DNA of 64,000 bases from the human T2T-CHM13v2.0 reference genome, Homo sapiens (GCF_009914755.1 NC_060928.1); one strand, 5' to 3'; shown: positions 1 through 13,994, counted from the stretch's first letter. Made by a program: numbers and translations. The notes: generated from the sequence alone by a model not told the origin.

Positions 1-20
1 CTACATCTTCATTTGCCACT

Positions 21-371
21 TGACATGATTTGGCTGTGTCCCTACCCAAATCTCATCTTGAATTGTAATTCCTTCATGTTGTGGGAGGGACCCGTTTGGA
101 GATAATTGAATCATGGGGGTGGTTTCTCCCATACTGTTCTCATGGTAGTGAATAAGTCTCAGGAGATCTGATGGCTTTATAAGGGGAAACCCGTTTCACT
201 TGGCTCTCACTCTTCTCTTGCCTGCTGCCATGTGAGACGTGTCTTTCACCTTCTGCCATGATTGTGGGATCTCCCCAGCCACATGGAACTGTGAGTCCAT
301 TAAACCTTTCTTTTGTAAATTGCTTATTCTTGGGTATGTCTTTTTCAGCAGTGTGAAAATGAACGAATATA
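21..371 (+). mobile_element. THE1-family (THE1B/C-like) MaLR solo LTR
   Basis: Starts TGACATGATTTGGCTGTGTCCC, ends ...GAACGAATATA. Perfect 5-bp TSD CCACT at 16-20 and 372-376. Confidence 0.93.
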
Positions 372-659
372 CCACTATTCTTGATACTGTTTTTTATATC
401 CACAACTCTTTTATTATAAGTCACCTATTATCATCTAATCATCAAGTCCAATAATTTCTTCTTCATCTCCATACCACATGAACTTACTTTAATTTTGATT
501 TTGTTGATCCATCTTACATCTTATACCACCACCACGTTTTGTTTAACTCTTTGTCTTCTTGTTACTCTTCATAAATATTTGGTAAGCATATGTAATTTAT
601 TTAATTTCTTCCTGTTTTTCATATACAACCAAAAATATGGGTGCTAGCCAAAGTCCTAT

Positions 660-1110
660 GCTCTGGTGCTAGTGATCAAAACCCAATTCGGAACAACCGA
701 AGCAATAACAGAATGTAGAGTGGGCCTCATTCATGGACTCCAATGTCATCATCAGACTCTCTCTGCTATGCGTCCTCCATTCTGTGAGTCCCATGTAATG
801 ACAAAGTTGACCACTAAGTGCTCTCAGCTTATATTATCTTTATAGCTAACAAGCTGGGGAGAAGCGACTACCTTTTTTCTGTTATCTTTACAGATAGCAG
901 ATGTTCCCAATAACTTTATAGATGTCTATAGTTACTTACTGGCCCAGCTTAGGTTCTGAGATCATCCCTGAATCAGTCACTACGATCAAGGGATGGGAGG
1001 ACTTGGAATTACCAGTCTTGGATCACATACTCACTCCTGCAGTTGGGATTTGGGCCATGTCTTTCTCAGAAGCACATGACCTGAGAATGGGAGAGGATTG
1101 GGTCTCTAAA
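660..1110 (-). mobile_element. Old MLT1 (J/K-like) LTR fragment
   Basis: Degenerate motifs GGCCCAGCTTAGG...CATCCCTGAATCAGTCACT...GGATCACATACTCACTCCTG resemble MLT1J/K. Boundaries approximate. Confidence 0.45.
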
Positions 1111-2598
1111 GCGATACCGAGTATCTTACCTTCCTATTTTTTTATACGTATTCTTGGGTTATCATGTCAACTGCTGTAGCTTCTACTATTATCTATTAGT
1201 TGGTATTTTGCAAGTCTCATAATAAGAATGAGCCTAAATAAACTAGAAAGCCACTGGAAAATTAATTGGAGCTAGAGGCACTGCTCCAAAGGCAATGGTT
1301 GATACTAATGAAAAAAAAAAATGAAAGCATAACGTTCAAAGAGGATGTCACACTTATATGTGGTTTGCAAAGTATCACTACCAGATACCAAAGTATCACT
1401 ACCGGAATCAGGCAAATCATAATAATTCAATAGCTGAGTAGGTAGATATTGCCAATATTGCCCCAATTCAGGTAGATTTCCAGGACTTCTTTGCAGTCTC
1501 AGAAGAAAGCCCGCCCGAGGCAGGTAAAAAGCAGGATCTGACCCTGCAGCTGAAGGAGGGCTGAGTGGGAACCAGAAGGGGCATCAGGGGCCTAGTCAGG
1601 CAGGTTGGTTTCCAGTAGAAGACCCTAGTCCTGGGGATAGACCAGGGAAGCAAATACATACGCTGGGAAGAACATAGAAAGTGGCAGACAGGAGACTAAT
1701 ACAGGTGGGACCGGTACAGAGAGGAGATGGGTATTGAAAAAGTAGTTGCTTGGGGTTACACTCAGGTTTTTTTTTTTTTTTTAATGTAACAAGTACCACA
1801 GCTCCTTGTAAATGTAACTTTGCTATAATCCAAAGTATTGTGAATACTCAAAGATAGGCTTTTGAGAACTTCTGTTCCTACCAATTGCATTTCAGTTTTC
1901 TTCTTTGTAAATAAAAAATTACAAACAAAACATTCAGGTTGAATTAGCTAATCTCTAAATTATCTTCTCAATTATACATACCTATAATTCTATGAGTATT
2001 CAAAAATATAATTAATAACTTAAGTGAGGGCAAAGATTTTTTTCTGGTTTTCTTTCTCCAATTAAGTCAATACTTAGAGCAGTACTTTACACAAAAAAAA
2101 TTTCTTAAATTTGAAAGAACGTTGTGCATGGGAAAATAAAAAGTGGGCTATTGAATTTACTCTCCTCTGAATTAAGGAATAAGATTTAAAAATATTTTTG
2201 TAATATATGACATGAAAAGGGGATAATAAGTTTAACTGGAAACCTGTAGATTTCATAACTATTGTAAGAAAACTATGATAGTAGTAAGTCAAAGACATGT
2301 CTATTGCTAATTTTCAAACAAATTTGCTTTCGGTTTACTTGGCTGGCCCTTGATCTTGCCTTAAAGGAAGAAAGGAGGTGGACAGAATCCTAAGACAAAA
2401 TGTTTATGTTTTAATATTAATTTTAATTAGCTTTAATTATTTAAAAAGTCCATTATACAGTATCATCCTGTGGACGACTTTTTACCACATGATGGTATAA
2501 TGTAGGAAATTTTGATTTAAGTAAGAAATCAAGAATTTCAAGTTGTCTTTTTTAGAGCCGAAATCATACTTGTTATCCTCAAGTTGTAAGACCAAATT

Positions 2599-2617
2599 TT
2601 GCCACTAGGTGGCAAGA
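2599..2617 (+). promoter_or_regulatory. Candidate CTCF binding site
   Basis: TGCCACTAGGTGGCAAG matches the CTCF core CCACYAGRKGGC, in non-repeat sequence. Confidence 0.55.
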
Positions 2618-3256
2618 GTTGCAAGTTGAAAGGCAGTGGTGTTACCAGACATGAAGTATACTGGCTGATGCGTACATGTATACCAGCTTATTTTTGTGTG
2701 CAAGTATATTAATCTTAGAAACTCTTACTAGGAGAAAATAAATTTTATTTGGGTCTTTACTTCTGAAAGCCATATAATAAAATAGAAAACAGGCATAAGC
2801 TCTTAGAATAAAGAAAAGAACAATAGTTTCTCTTAATTGCAGTGATTGGATATTGAGCTAAAACATTAGGGAGCATAAGTAAAGTTAGCCTTAGGCAAAA
2901 CTGCAAAGTGGTGGTTTCATTCTCCTCTCTGGTATCCCCTAGGAATCAAAAGAGATGGTTTTCAACTTTCCTCATTCTCTTTTAGAAAGTTCCCCCTCCC
3001 AGCTGCTGCTGTTCCTGCTGTCCCAGCTGCTCCATTGTGGGCACTTACCACACTGATTTTTAATTGTACCTTCATCAAAACATGCCTATTCTATGTCTCA
3101 TCCTTCTGGAGTCAAAACCTTGAATGCAGGCTAATCAAAACACAAACCCATTTCCATATTTTAATAAGGACTTCAGATTTAATGGAGAAGTAGCTCAATT
3201 TTGTTTCATTGTGTTACTCCTCTCTTAGTAGATACACTACATTTCCAAATGGGTTC

Positions 3257-3735
3257 TGTTAGTCATGATCTGAGCAGGAAACAGAAGGCACGCTTGACAG
3301 ATGGGGTAACTGGAGAGAATTTAGTAAAGGAACTAGTTAGTGAATTCCCTAAATGAAGAGCTCAGGGACATCAACAAGTGATAGGGAACCACTGTGGGAC
3401 TATTCACAGTGAGAAATTATTACCATTCCTTGCCACGGAGTAGACACCTTCCATAAGGAGCTGTGAATATAGAGAGAAGACTGCAGCTACTACAAACCTG
3501 AGGCGCCCATGGGGAGTGTGTGAGGGGGATGGTGAGGATTAAGTATTCTGACTTTTCTTTCCTTCCACTGTCTGTCTGGTTTCCTGAGTTGCTCTTTATT
3601 GGGAAGATCTTAACCAGAAGCCGGAGGGCAAGGGAGCCTTGAGATGTGGTACACAGAGATCAACTCTTTGGGTCCAGAACAGGAAGAAGAAATTAGAGAC
3701 TGAATCTGGAAGGGCAAATGAGAAAATCCACCCCA
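3257..3735 (-). mobile_element. ERVL-class LTR (LTR41-like)
   Basis: TGTTAGTC...AGCAGGAAACAGAAGGCAC...AGTAAAGGAACTA at the start and GAATCTGGAAGGGCAAATGAGAAAATCCA at the end resemble reversed LTR41. Confidence 0.5.
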
Positions 3736-5148
3736 AGGGAACTTTGATAATAGTGCTTAAAAATGGCCTTTAAGTAGGGAGTTTCAACTGACCAGGCTTG
3801 TTGGCAAGTGGGCCTGAATTTATCACTCAGATCACATTAGCTGGGCAGATCAATGTTCTACAAATGTATTTTCTCCTGTCTTCAGATATACTTGGTAAAT
3901 ATCACATAGTAAATATCTATTAATTTATGATTGTCTTTGCATACCAACACATAACTAGGTGGTTTGTTAGGATATTTGATCCTAAAGATCTTGCAAGTGC
4001 TTTCTCTCATCTTCATTAGTGGTTTTTAATGTAGCAAAAAACACAATACTCTATCCCCCATAATTCTAAAAAAAGAAGCTTTGGGAATGCAAAAGTAAAC
4101 ACAAACTGTATTATTTACTATGCCAATTTAACAATTCCAGTTTTCATACAACATGTCCAAATCTTTTGTTAAAGAAACCTTCATGCCAGAATTCATTATA
4201 TATACAGAAATATAGATCCAGGCAATTTCTACTACGCTAACTTAAGCTTGCCTGGTGGCAGAACTATAGCTTGAACAATAGCTAGCTTGATAGGCTAGTT
4301 CTTTTTCTTCCTCCATGCAAAATAGTTCTGCCACTTTTATACTGAGGAAAAGAACATAGACCACGAGAGGGACTGAGAAGCCAGAGAAACATACCCTGGA
4401 ATCTCTCAGGTTTGGTTTGGAAGCTTTCACAAAGGATTGATATCAAGCACATGCTCAATATTTTGCAGACAGTAGACAATTTCTGCTCTACTAGGTCTTA
4501 AATAAAAATAATTAAAATTAAAACACAAAATGAATTTTCTTTTTTCTTTTTCCTTGGCCCAGATTGTTCTACTATTAGAAAAGATTTGTATGTCCTGAGA
4601 GAATCTGATAGCAAAGGTTTAGAAACGCTTTACCATCCCAGACTGCTAACTGCTTACTAGTATACTGAGGAGACATTTTATAAGTAATTTGGATTTTGGT
4701 CACCCTCTGACTTAGACCCTCAATTCTTCTGGTACTTACCACCAGGTTGCTAAGCATCTAGAGTAAACTAGGCCATCCTTGGTGCTCTTATTTCTTATTT
4801 TAGACATTCTGCAGGCAAATTTATGTAAGCTCACTGCTCCAGCAACCAAGTATACACAGATGACACTCAGTTGAAACATTCTCTTCAGGTTCAAACACAA
4901 CTGCTTCACAACCTACTTTGCTAATCCTCTTTTCAGATAAGGCCACCATAATCTCCCTGTGAGTAATCATCCATGCCACCTTCTCCGTTACTTTCCAGTA
5001 AGTCACTCATTTCCCTTTGCTCCATCAGTTCTGCTGGAAGTCCCTTTTCTGCATCCTCTCTGCCACTGCTCTAGGTCAGGTCCTTTTCTTCTGGCCACGT
5101 GCTGTGGTCATACTGAATTACTTGCTCTTCTCCAAATACAATCAAGGG

Positions 5149-5751
5149 GTACATTGGTTTGGTTCAGAAAGGCAAGACAACTTGAAGTGGGGCAGGGGGT
5201 CGAGGTGAGGGGTGAGGGGCTTCCAGGTTATAGGTAGATTAAAAAAAATTCTGGTTGACAATTGGTTGAGAACTAGGATCAATAGAAAGGAAATGTCTGG
5301 GTTAAGATAAAGGAATGTGGAGACCACAATTCTTATTGTGCAGAGGAAGCCCTAAAGTAGCAGGCTTCAGAGAGAATAGACTGTAAATGTTACTTAATGG
5401 ACTTAAAAAGGGTGCCAGACTCTTAGTTGACTATCTTCCAGATCCGGAAAAATGCATGGAAAAAAGGGAAGAAGTGATTCTCTACAGAATGTGGATTTTT
5501 CCCCACAAGAGATGACTGCAGGGCAGTTTCCAGATATGGCAAGGAAATACATTTGGAGTTAAAATATTTTTTATTTCCTTCCTTATTTGTCATGTGATAT
5601 TATGCCAGAGTCAGTTTGGAAAGTGAGCCACATTATTTAGGGTTAAATAAACTCCTCTGATGAGACTTTATGGTTTGTAGGGCATGACTCCCCGAGCCCT
5701 TTAGATAAGACTTTAGAGAAGAGAAGAAAAAAGTTCAGAGTTTAGTCCTCA
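5149..5751 (-). mobile_element. MER4-family (ERV1) LTR, partial
   Basis: Reverse strand starts TGAGGACTAAACTCTGA... and has GGGGAGTCATGCCCTACAAACCATAAA. The plus strand has TACATTGGTTTGGTTCAGAAAGG and AGCAGGCTTCAGAGAGAATAGA blocks. Confidence 0.8.
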
Positions 5752-6007
5752 GTGTCTTGTAAAGAGCATGAAACTGAACACTTAAAAAAATCTAACATGG
5801 TAATCTTTCTTTATTGGTAAATGTAAACATTTAATTTTCAATTTTATGCTTAAGGTAATTTATAACATATTTGACTTTAATGCCTCCATTTTATTTTATA
5901 GTTTTTATTTGTCCTTTATATATATTTTTGCTTTTTCTACCTTCTTTTCAATAGATCAAGGTTTATAAAATTCCATTTTAGTGTATGTGCATTATCACTT
6001 TCCTAAC

Positions 6008-8293
6008 TGATATGGTTTGGCCCTGTCCCCACTCAAATCTCATCTTGAATTGTAGTTCCCGTGATCCCCATGTGTTGTGGGAGGGACCTGGTGGGAGGTA
6101 ATTGAATCGTGGAGGTGATTACCTCTATGCTGTTCTCTTGATAGTGAGTGAGTTCTCATGAGATCTGATGGTTTTATAAGGGGCTTTTCTCCACCTTCTC
6201 TATGCACTTATCTTTGCTGCCACCATGTGAAGAAGGATGTGTTTGCTTTCCCTTCTGCCATGATTGCATGTTTCCTGAGGGCTCCCCAGCCATGCTGAAG
6301 TGTGAATCAATTAAACCTCTTTCCTTTAGAAATTACCCAGTCTCAGGTATGTTTTTATTAGCAGCATTAGAATGGACTAATATGGTAAATTAGTACTGGT
6401 AGAGTGGAGTGCTAATATAAGGATACCTGAAAATGTGGAAGCGACTTTCGAACTGGGCAACAAGCAGGGGTTGGAATAGTTTGGAGGGCTCAGAAGAAGA
6501 CAGGAAAATGTGGGAAAGTTTGCAACTTCCTAGAGACTTGTTGAATAGCTTTGACCAAAATACTGATAGTGATATGAACAATGAAGTCCAGTGAGGTGGT
6601 CTCAGATGGAGAAGAGGAACTTGTTGGCAACTGGAGCAAAGCTGACTCTTGTTATGCTTTAGCAAAGAGACTGGCAGCATTTTGTCCCTGCCCTAGAGAT
6701 CTGTGGAACTTTGAACTTGGGAGAGATGATTTAGGGTATCTAGTGGAAGAAATTTCTAAGTGGCAAAACATTCAAGAGGAAGCACAGGATAAAAGTTTGG
6801 AAAATTTGCAGCCTGATGCTGTAGAAAAGAAAACCCATCATCTGAGGAGAAATTAAAGTCCATTGCATAAATTTGCATAAGTAATGAGGAGCCAAATGTT
6901 AATCACCAAGACAATGGGTAAAATGTCTCCAGGGCATGTCAGAGAACTTAATAGAAGCCCCTCCTATCACAGGCCCAGAGGCCTAGGAGGGAAAAATGGT
7001 TTTGTGGGGCAGGTCCAGGACCCCCCTGCTGTGTGCAGCCTTGGGACTTGGTGCCCTGTGTCCCAGCCTCTCCAGATGTGGCTAAAAAGGGCCAATGTAC
7101 AGCTCAAACCATTGCTTCAGAGGGTGTAAGCCCCAATCCTTAGCAGCTTCCACATGGTATTGGGCCTGCAGGTGTGCAGAAGTCAAGAAGTGAGGTTTGG
7201 GAACATTGGCTTAGATTTCAGAGGATGTACGGAAAGGCCTGGATGTCCAGGCAGGTGTGCCACAGGGGCAGGGTCCTCATGGAGAACCTCTGCCAGGGCA
7301 GTGTGGAAGGCAAATGTGGAGTTGGAGCCCACATAGAGTCCCCACTGGGGCACTGCCTAGTAGAGCTGTGAGAAGAGGGCCAACATTCTCTAGACTCCAG
7401 AATGGTAGATTCACTGACACCTTGCACGGTGCACCTGGAAAAGCTGCAGATCCTCAATGCCAGCCATGAAAGGAGCCAGGAGTGGGGCAGGGCCCTGGAA
7501 AGCCACAGGGCAGTGATGTCCAAGGTCATAGGAGCCCATCTCTTGCATGAGCATAACCTGGATATGAGACATGGAGTCAAAGAAGATTATTTTGAAGCTT
7601 TAAGATTTATTTACTGCCCAATTGGATTTTGGACTTGCATGGGGCATGTAGCCCCTTTGTTTTGGCCAATTTTTTCAATTTGGAATGGCTGTATTTACCT
7701 AATGCCTGTACCTCCATTCTATCTAGGAAATAACTAACTTGCTTTTGATTTTACAGGCTCATAGGCAGACTGGACTTGCTTTGTCTCAGATAAGACTTTG
7801 GACATGGACTTTTGAGTCAGTGCTGGAGTGACTTAAGACTTTGTGGTACTGTTGGGAAAGCGTGATTGTGTTTTGAAATGTGAGGACATGAAATTTTGGA
7901 GGGGTGAGGGGTGGAATTATGTGGTTTGGCTGTGTCCCCACCCAAATCTCATCTTGAATTGTAGTTCCTATAATACCCACGTGTTGTGGGAGGGACCTGG
8001 GGGAAGGCAATTGTATCATGGGGGTGGTTATCCCCATGCTGTTCTCATGATAGTGAGTGAGTTCTCATGAGGTCTGATGGTTTTATAAAGGACTTTTCTT
8101 CTACTTCACTCTGTACTTCTCCTTGCTGCCACCATGTGAAGAAGGATATGTTTGCTTCCTCTTTCACCATGATTGTAAGTTTCTTGAGGCCTCCCCAGCC
8201 ATGCTTAATTGTGAGTTAATTAAATCTCTTTCTTTTATAAATTATCCAGTGTCAGGTATGTCTTTATTAGCAGCTTGAAAACTAACTAATACA
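6008..8293 (+). mobile_element. Full-length THE1D-like MaLR provirus (LTR 6008-6384, internal 6385-7916, LTR 7917-8293)
   Basis: Two ~377-bp direct-repeat LTRs flank a ~1.5-kb internal region starting GTAAATTAGTACTGGTAGAGTGG. A purine-rich tract precedes the 3' LTR. Frameshifted MaLR-internal ORF pieces (VVSDGEEELVGNWSK...). TSD is degenerate (CTAAC/CTAGT). Confidence 0.95.
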
Positions 8294-8299
8294 CTAGTT

Positions 8300-9610
8300 A
8301 ATGTCAAGTCGTTTTCCAAAATGGCTTTAGCAATTTGTACTCCTACATGCAATGCATGAGAATTTTCTTTGCTTGATGGTCTCACCAACACTTGATGTTG
8401 TTTGGCTTCTATTATTTTTGACAATCTGGTATTTATGCAATGGTATTTCAACATTTTAAATTTGCATTTATCTGACTACTAGTGAGGTTGATCATCTTTT
8501 CATATATGTAGTGGTCAATTAGATTCTTCTTTTCACAGGAAGAGAGAGAAAAAAGTGAAATAAGCCAGGCACAGAAAGAAAAATACTGCACGATGTCCCT
8601 TATATGTGAAATCTAAAAATGTTGAACTAACAGAAGTTGAGAGTAGAATGGCAGTTACCAGGGGCTAGAGAATGGGGGGTCTGGGGAGATGTTGGCAAAA
8701 GGGTACAAAGTTTCAGTTATTCAGGATGGATGCAATCTAGAGAGATCTAAGGTACAGCATAGTGACTGTCATTCACAATAATGTACTGTATATTGAAAAT
8801 TGCTAAGAGAGTACATCTTAAATGTTCTCACTGCAAAAATGATAAATATGTGAGGTGATGGATATGTTAATTAGCTTAATTTAATCACTCTACAATGTAC
8901 ACATATATCAAAACATCACTTTGTACCCCATACATACATGCAATAAAAATGTTTTTAAAACGTGTTTATATCTTTAGCCTGTTGTTTTCTATTAGGTAGT
9001 TTGTTTCTTTCACATAAATTAGTAGCATTCTTTATGTTTTCTCTGTACTAATCCTTTGTTGATTATATGTGTTGCAAATGCCTTTTTCCACTTTGGGGCT
9101 CATTTACCTCCTCTTTCTATGGTGTCTTTTAATGAGAGTTCTTAATTTTAACGTAGTTAAATTTATCATTATTTCCTTTATGGTTAGCAATTTTTGTCCA
9201 TGTTTTTGTAAATCTTGTTTATGATATATTTCCCTTCCCTGAAGTCTTGAACATGTTTTCCTGTATAATATTCTAAGAGCTTTATAGTTTGCTTTTTTCA
9301 TAGGTCTTTAATTTGCTTGGTAGTGATTTTAGTCTGTGGCAGGGGGCAGACCTTTTTTTTTTTTTTTTAAAGACGAATCTATTCAATTACTCCAGACCAT
9401 TTATTTATAATTTGTAATGAAACTTCTATGATCTATCATATTTCCCCAAGTTGTAGTAACACTTCTGTTATATCACATATTCATAGATGTGTGTGTTAGT
9501 TTTTGGATATCTTTTTCTGTTCCATTGGTCTAGTTTTCTATCCCTGCAGCATGACTAAACAGTCATATATACACTAGCTTTATAATAAGTATTGCTATTT
9601 TGTGACAAAT
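8300..9610 (-). mobile_element. Ancient L1M ORF2 3' fragment, split by a younger L1
   Basis: Diverged antisense L1 ORF2 sequence at ~8300-8530 and ~8960-9610. Confidence 0.7.
8553..8950 (+). mobile_element. L1MA (MA8/9-like) 3' end
   Basis: AAGTGAAATAAGCCAGGCACAGAAAG...GAGAGTAGAATGG...TATATCAAAACATCAC...AATAAAAA. Confidence 0.8.
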
Positions 9611-10062
9611 TTCTTTCTAAACCACCCATCTAGCCTTAAGTTTTAAAGCTTCATATTCCAGGAATTGGCATATGCCCTCAGGAGTCATTCAAGTACTAAT
9701 ATATCACATTGTATCCCTAAATCTTCTTCATTTTGTGGCCTCTGACGATTTTCCTAACCTTCTGTGTTCTTAGCTACATATTTTAAATACTCTTTATTAT
9801 AAGTTATCTCACATGGTGTTTTGTTTGGAAGGATTTTTCAGCATATCTTGTTCTCCATGTTGTCAGAGCAAAAGCCTCCTCCATTTGGCAAGGAGAAATA
9901 ACATGCCTCAAAAAGCATTTCCACAATTTAAGCAGAAATACTACTTTAAAATATTTAAGTGAGTGTGAATAGAAAGATATGGAAGAAAAATTTAGTTTTA
10001 TGACTTATCCCCACCATCATGCAGTCAATTATTCTCAGATTTTGATGGGATCTACTGATTAG

Positions 10063-10380
<318 letters not shown>

Positions 10381-10521
10381 AGCATGAAATATTTTCATAG
10401 AGATACTTAGTAGCCTATTATGGCATTCTGTTTCCTATAACACATACTAAATTCTTTTTAGTTAACTAACTGATGGTAATGTCTTAGAAGACAACTTTTA
10501 AAAAACATTTATATAATTCTT

Positions 10522-10558
10522 GCACACGTACCCTGGAACTTAAAGTATAATAAAAAAA
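10522..10558 (+). mobile_element. Ultra-truncated L1PA 3' tip (37 bp)
   Basis: GCACACGTACCCTGGAACTTAAAGTATAAT plus A-tail, between perfect 15-bp repeats ATTTATATAATTCTT (10507-10521, 10559-10573). Confidence 0.9.
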
Positions 10559-10573
10559 ATTTATATAATTCTT

Positions 10574-10782
10574 ATGTATCAGGCACTATTTTAAACGATA
10601 TGTAAACATTATCTGTTTTAATGCTCATAAAATTTGATGAAGTAGGTAGTAGTATAACAGATAGATTAACTGACACATGGGACAATTAATTGGGTTGCCT
10701 AAGGCCAACAGCTGGTAAATAGGGCAGGGATTGGAATCCAGACAGTTTGACTCCAGAGTTAGCACTCTTAACCACTATGCTA
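10574..10782 (-). mobile_element. MIR SINE
   Basis: TTGCCTAAGGCCAACAGCTGGTAAAT...GGATTGGAATCCAGACAGTTTGACTCCAGAG...TTAACCACTATGCTA. Confidence 0.8.
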
Positions 10783-10987
10783 CTCATAGTGATTTCAGCT
10801 CATGTTTCTGTGGAGTTTGCACAGGTGAGAGAAGTCTTAATGAGTGAAACATGATAGTCAACCCAGAGGAGAAAAATCAGAAGTCATATAATATGATTTC
10901 ATTACCTGTATTTGGCATATTTACAATAATTTGCCGGTAAGATGTCAAATGTCAAATGTAAGCATAATTTAAAAGTGGCTATAGTAT

Positions 10988-11323
10988 TGTCTTAGTTCAT
11001 TTGGGCAGCTATAACAAAATGCCATAAACTGGGCAGCTTGCAAACAACAAAAATCTATTTTTCACACTTCTGGAGGCTGGGAAGTCCAAGATCAAAGAGC
11101 CACAGATTTGGTGTCTGAGGACCCATTTCCTTGTTCACAGATGGCACCTTTTGTGTCCTCATGTGGTGAAAACGTGGGAACTAGCTCCTGTTTTATAAGG
11201 GCACTAATCCTATTCATGAAGGCTTATGACCTAATCACCTCCCAAAGAGCCTCTAACATCACCTTGAGGGTCAGGACTTTAACATAAGAATTTCAGGAGA
11301 CACAGAACATTCAGACTATAGCA
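10988..11323 (-). mobile_element. MLT1A/MLT1A0 solo LTR
   Basis: TGTCTTAGTTCATTTGGGCAGCTATAACAAAATGCC...CATTCAGACTATAGCA. TSD AGTAT/AGCAT. Confidence 0.88.
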
Positions 11324-11342
11324 AGCATGCACAAACTATATT

Positions 11343-11430
11343 TTATTCATTTAACATTTTTGAGTGCCTGTTACATGGCAAATATTGTGCTACATGCTGA
11401 GGTTATGAATGTGAACAAGTCATGCCCTCC
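11343..11430 (-). mobile_element. L2 3' end fragment
   Basis: TTCATTTAACATTTTTGAGTGCCTGTTACATGGCAAATATTGTGCTA. Confidence 0.55.
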
Positions 11431-13938
11431 CTCCTCCAACTCTCAAGAAAGTTCACCAAAATGGCTGAAGGCGTTTCCATTAAAAAGAGATATATCTCTG
11501 CAGGAACTTTCTTAGATAAGCATGTTTGACAGTGGGAAGAGAAAGAGGAAAAGGTAAATCCATATAAAAGAAAGAAAGCAGGGAGATGGGTTATTTCCTT
11601 TGACCCTTTGCTGGTTTGTTCCTGTTTTACCTGTGCGAGTAGACTATTGCTATATTTCTAGGACAGTGTCCAGAGATATCTTTTTCCTCTGCTTTGGACA
11701 CTGCAGGTAAGATGTAGGTGTGATAAATAATTTTGAGCTTGTTAGTTTCAGGGTAATTGGTGAGGAAGGAAAAAGAAGATGACATACCTCAGAGTTCACT
11801 AATTGGCATTTCTTCTTGAAACGTGAACAAGAAAGCAAAATTGGCAGTGTTCTAAGACAATAAGGCAAAGGATTGTCTGCTGTGCATACATGGCTGCTGT
11901 GACTTTTCATTTCAGTTGCGTGACCAACTTGTTTGTGACCTTGATTTGTGCCTGAGGGTTTCATTACCTGATTCTTAGAACTGTAAAATAAAAACCAACA
12001 TGAAGCCAGTCAAAACCCAAAGTTGATAATCAACTATAAATTCTCTGAATTTTTAGGCTATTTGTTAGTTGCAAGTTTTAGATTTTTTGTACTCTATGTA
12101 AACACTTTCAAATCACATAAATGCTTCCAGAAAAGTCCACACAATATGCTCTTCATATAGAGCTGGTTCTACTAGTTGATAATCAGTAATATTATTTACT
12201 GGGCTCCTCTTCTAATAGGAGGGATAATTCCATACTATTTCCATTTATTCCCTTTTACCTTTACCTGGAACTTGTTTTCTTTGTGAAAATACCATGTAGA
12301 GGACAACCAAGTAGCATTTTGGCGAGAAAAAGTTTTATATAAATTGACTGAATTAAGAAAACAGAACCTTTTGGAGCATTTTTTTTACTAATTTTTTTAC
12401 TAAAGAAAGTGTATTTGTCACTGCATTTGCTATATGTCATATTCGAAACCATGTGGAATCTTTTTGAATAAAGAAACAGATCAGGTAAAAGCCTGGAAAA
12501 ATGTGTAAGAAAATAACAAGTTGTAAGGAAATATTAGCAACAAAAATTTATGGTGAAATGAAACAAAGCAGTAGCATCTTAATAATCAGGAAGGCTAATG
12601 GATCTCTGCAACGTATCATTATAAAAGCATTTCAAAGGGCTGGGAAGCCATCCCACTTGGAACTCTTCGCGTAATCCTGAACCTTATATGACAGGAATGG
12701 TAACAAAGCATCAATAAAGACAGCCGTGATGATAAAATATCTTTAGGTCATAGCTCCTTTTGGAGACTAAAAAAAATAAGGTCAGTACTTATTCTGAGAG
12801 GAAATGAAAGGTGAACATGACTAAGGCAGATAAAGTTTGGAGTATAAAAAAGTATATGAAAGAAAACTCTTCAAGGATAAAATAGTTCAAAAGCAAGAGG
12901 GCATGAAATAGAACAAAGGAAGGACTGACGTTTAAAAGAATGCTATTAAAAGAGTGCAATTCAGGTGTGAAAATAATGACCAAAGGTAGCCATGGAAATT
13001 AATAAATGCTTCCATTTAGTAAGAAGGAATTTATGAGATACTTAGGTAAAATTATGGAACAAATTAGTGGGTGTTGAAAGTATGACCTGAATGTACTTTT
13101 AATGAAGAACTTCTATATTCTACCTTGAAGTATATCTTACAGATAATTTGCTCAGAGGTAAAAGATTACATCTACTGGGCAGCTGATGGCATGTTATATG
13201 CTGCTTTGAATTTATTGCTGACAGTCAATCAATTGTATATATAGGATTATGTTATGAAGTTTTTATTTACAAGCACATTTATAGGCCAACACAGACACCT
13301 GTCAATGGAGAAAACTATATTTTGCTAACTATGTAATTAATAAAAAGACATAACTAGGGTTTGCTGAAGTAGATCTGGGAAGTGACTATAGTCAATTATT
13401 CCAATTCAGTACCTTCTTTGTTAAGTGAAAGTAAATTGTATGCACATGAGACTTGTATTTCCCTGAGCTACACTAGCTTTACAGGCAAAAATGTACTTAC
13501 ATTAATTACAGTAGATTATGTTTATTTTTCTCCTTGTTATTTTATTTCCACCTGCAGGATTTTTTACTACCTGTTATTTTGTGATTTCCATTACCACTCA
13601 CATCTCTTCTATACATTTCTTGGCATCTCCAGGATGTTTCCTGTGATCTCACAAATATATCCCTTTAAACTATTACTCTCTATGCAAAGGCATTTTGCTA
13701 GTTGCATCTGGTATCCACAGTCCCCTATTAGGCACAACCACTAAGTACTAACATTGCCCTTGGGTGTTCTAAGGCAGTATCACACTATGTGAGGCCTTCA
13801 GCACACTGTGGGGCCCTTGGCCATACTTAACTTTCCCCAGAAAAGGTAAGGAGAGTGTCTCTTTCCTACTTTAGGTTCTCTTGTTACATGGATACCACAG
13901 TGGTGCCGTCTTGACTTTAGAGATTTTAGTGAAAAGGT

Positions 13939-13994
13939 CATATATAAAAAGATATACATGCATGCATATATATATATACACACACACATACACA
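13939..13994. repeat. (TA)n/(CA)n compound microsatellite
   Basis: ATATATATATATACACACACACATACACA. Confidence 0.75.

Noticed and set aside
1368-1403. 21-bp-period tandem duplication (also 14-bp at 20551-20578 and ~20-bp at ~32807-32840)
   Set aside because: Ordinary slippage duplications with no further structure.
11690-13860. Isolated donor-like sites (CAG|GTAAGA at ~11706, AAG|GTAAGG at ~13844)
   Set aside because: No convincing paired acceptor or coding signal. Such hexamers occur by chance at this density.
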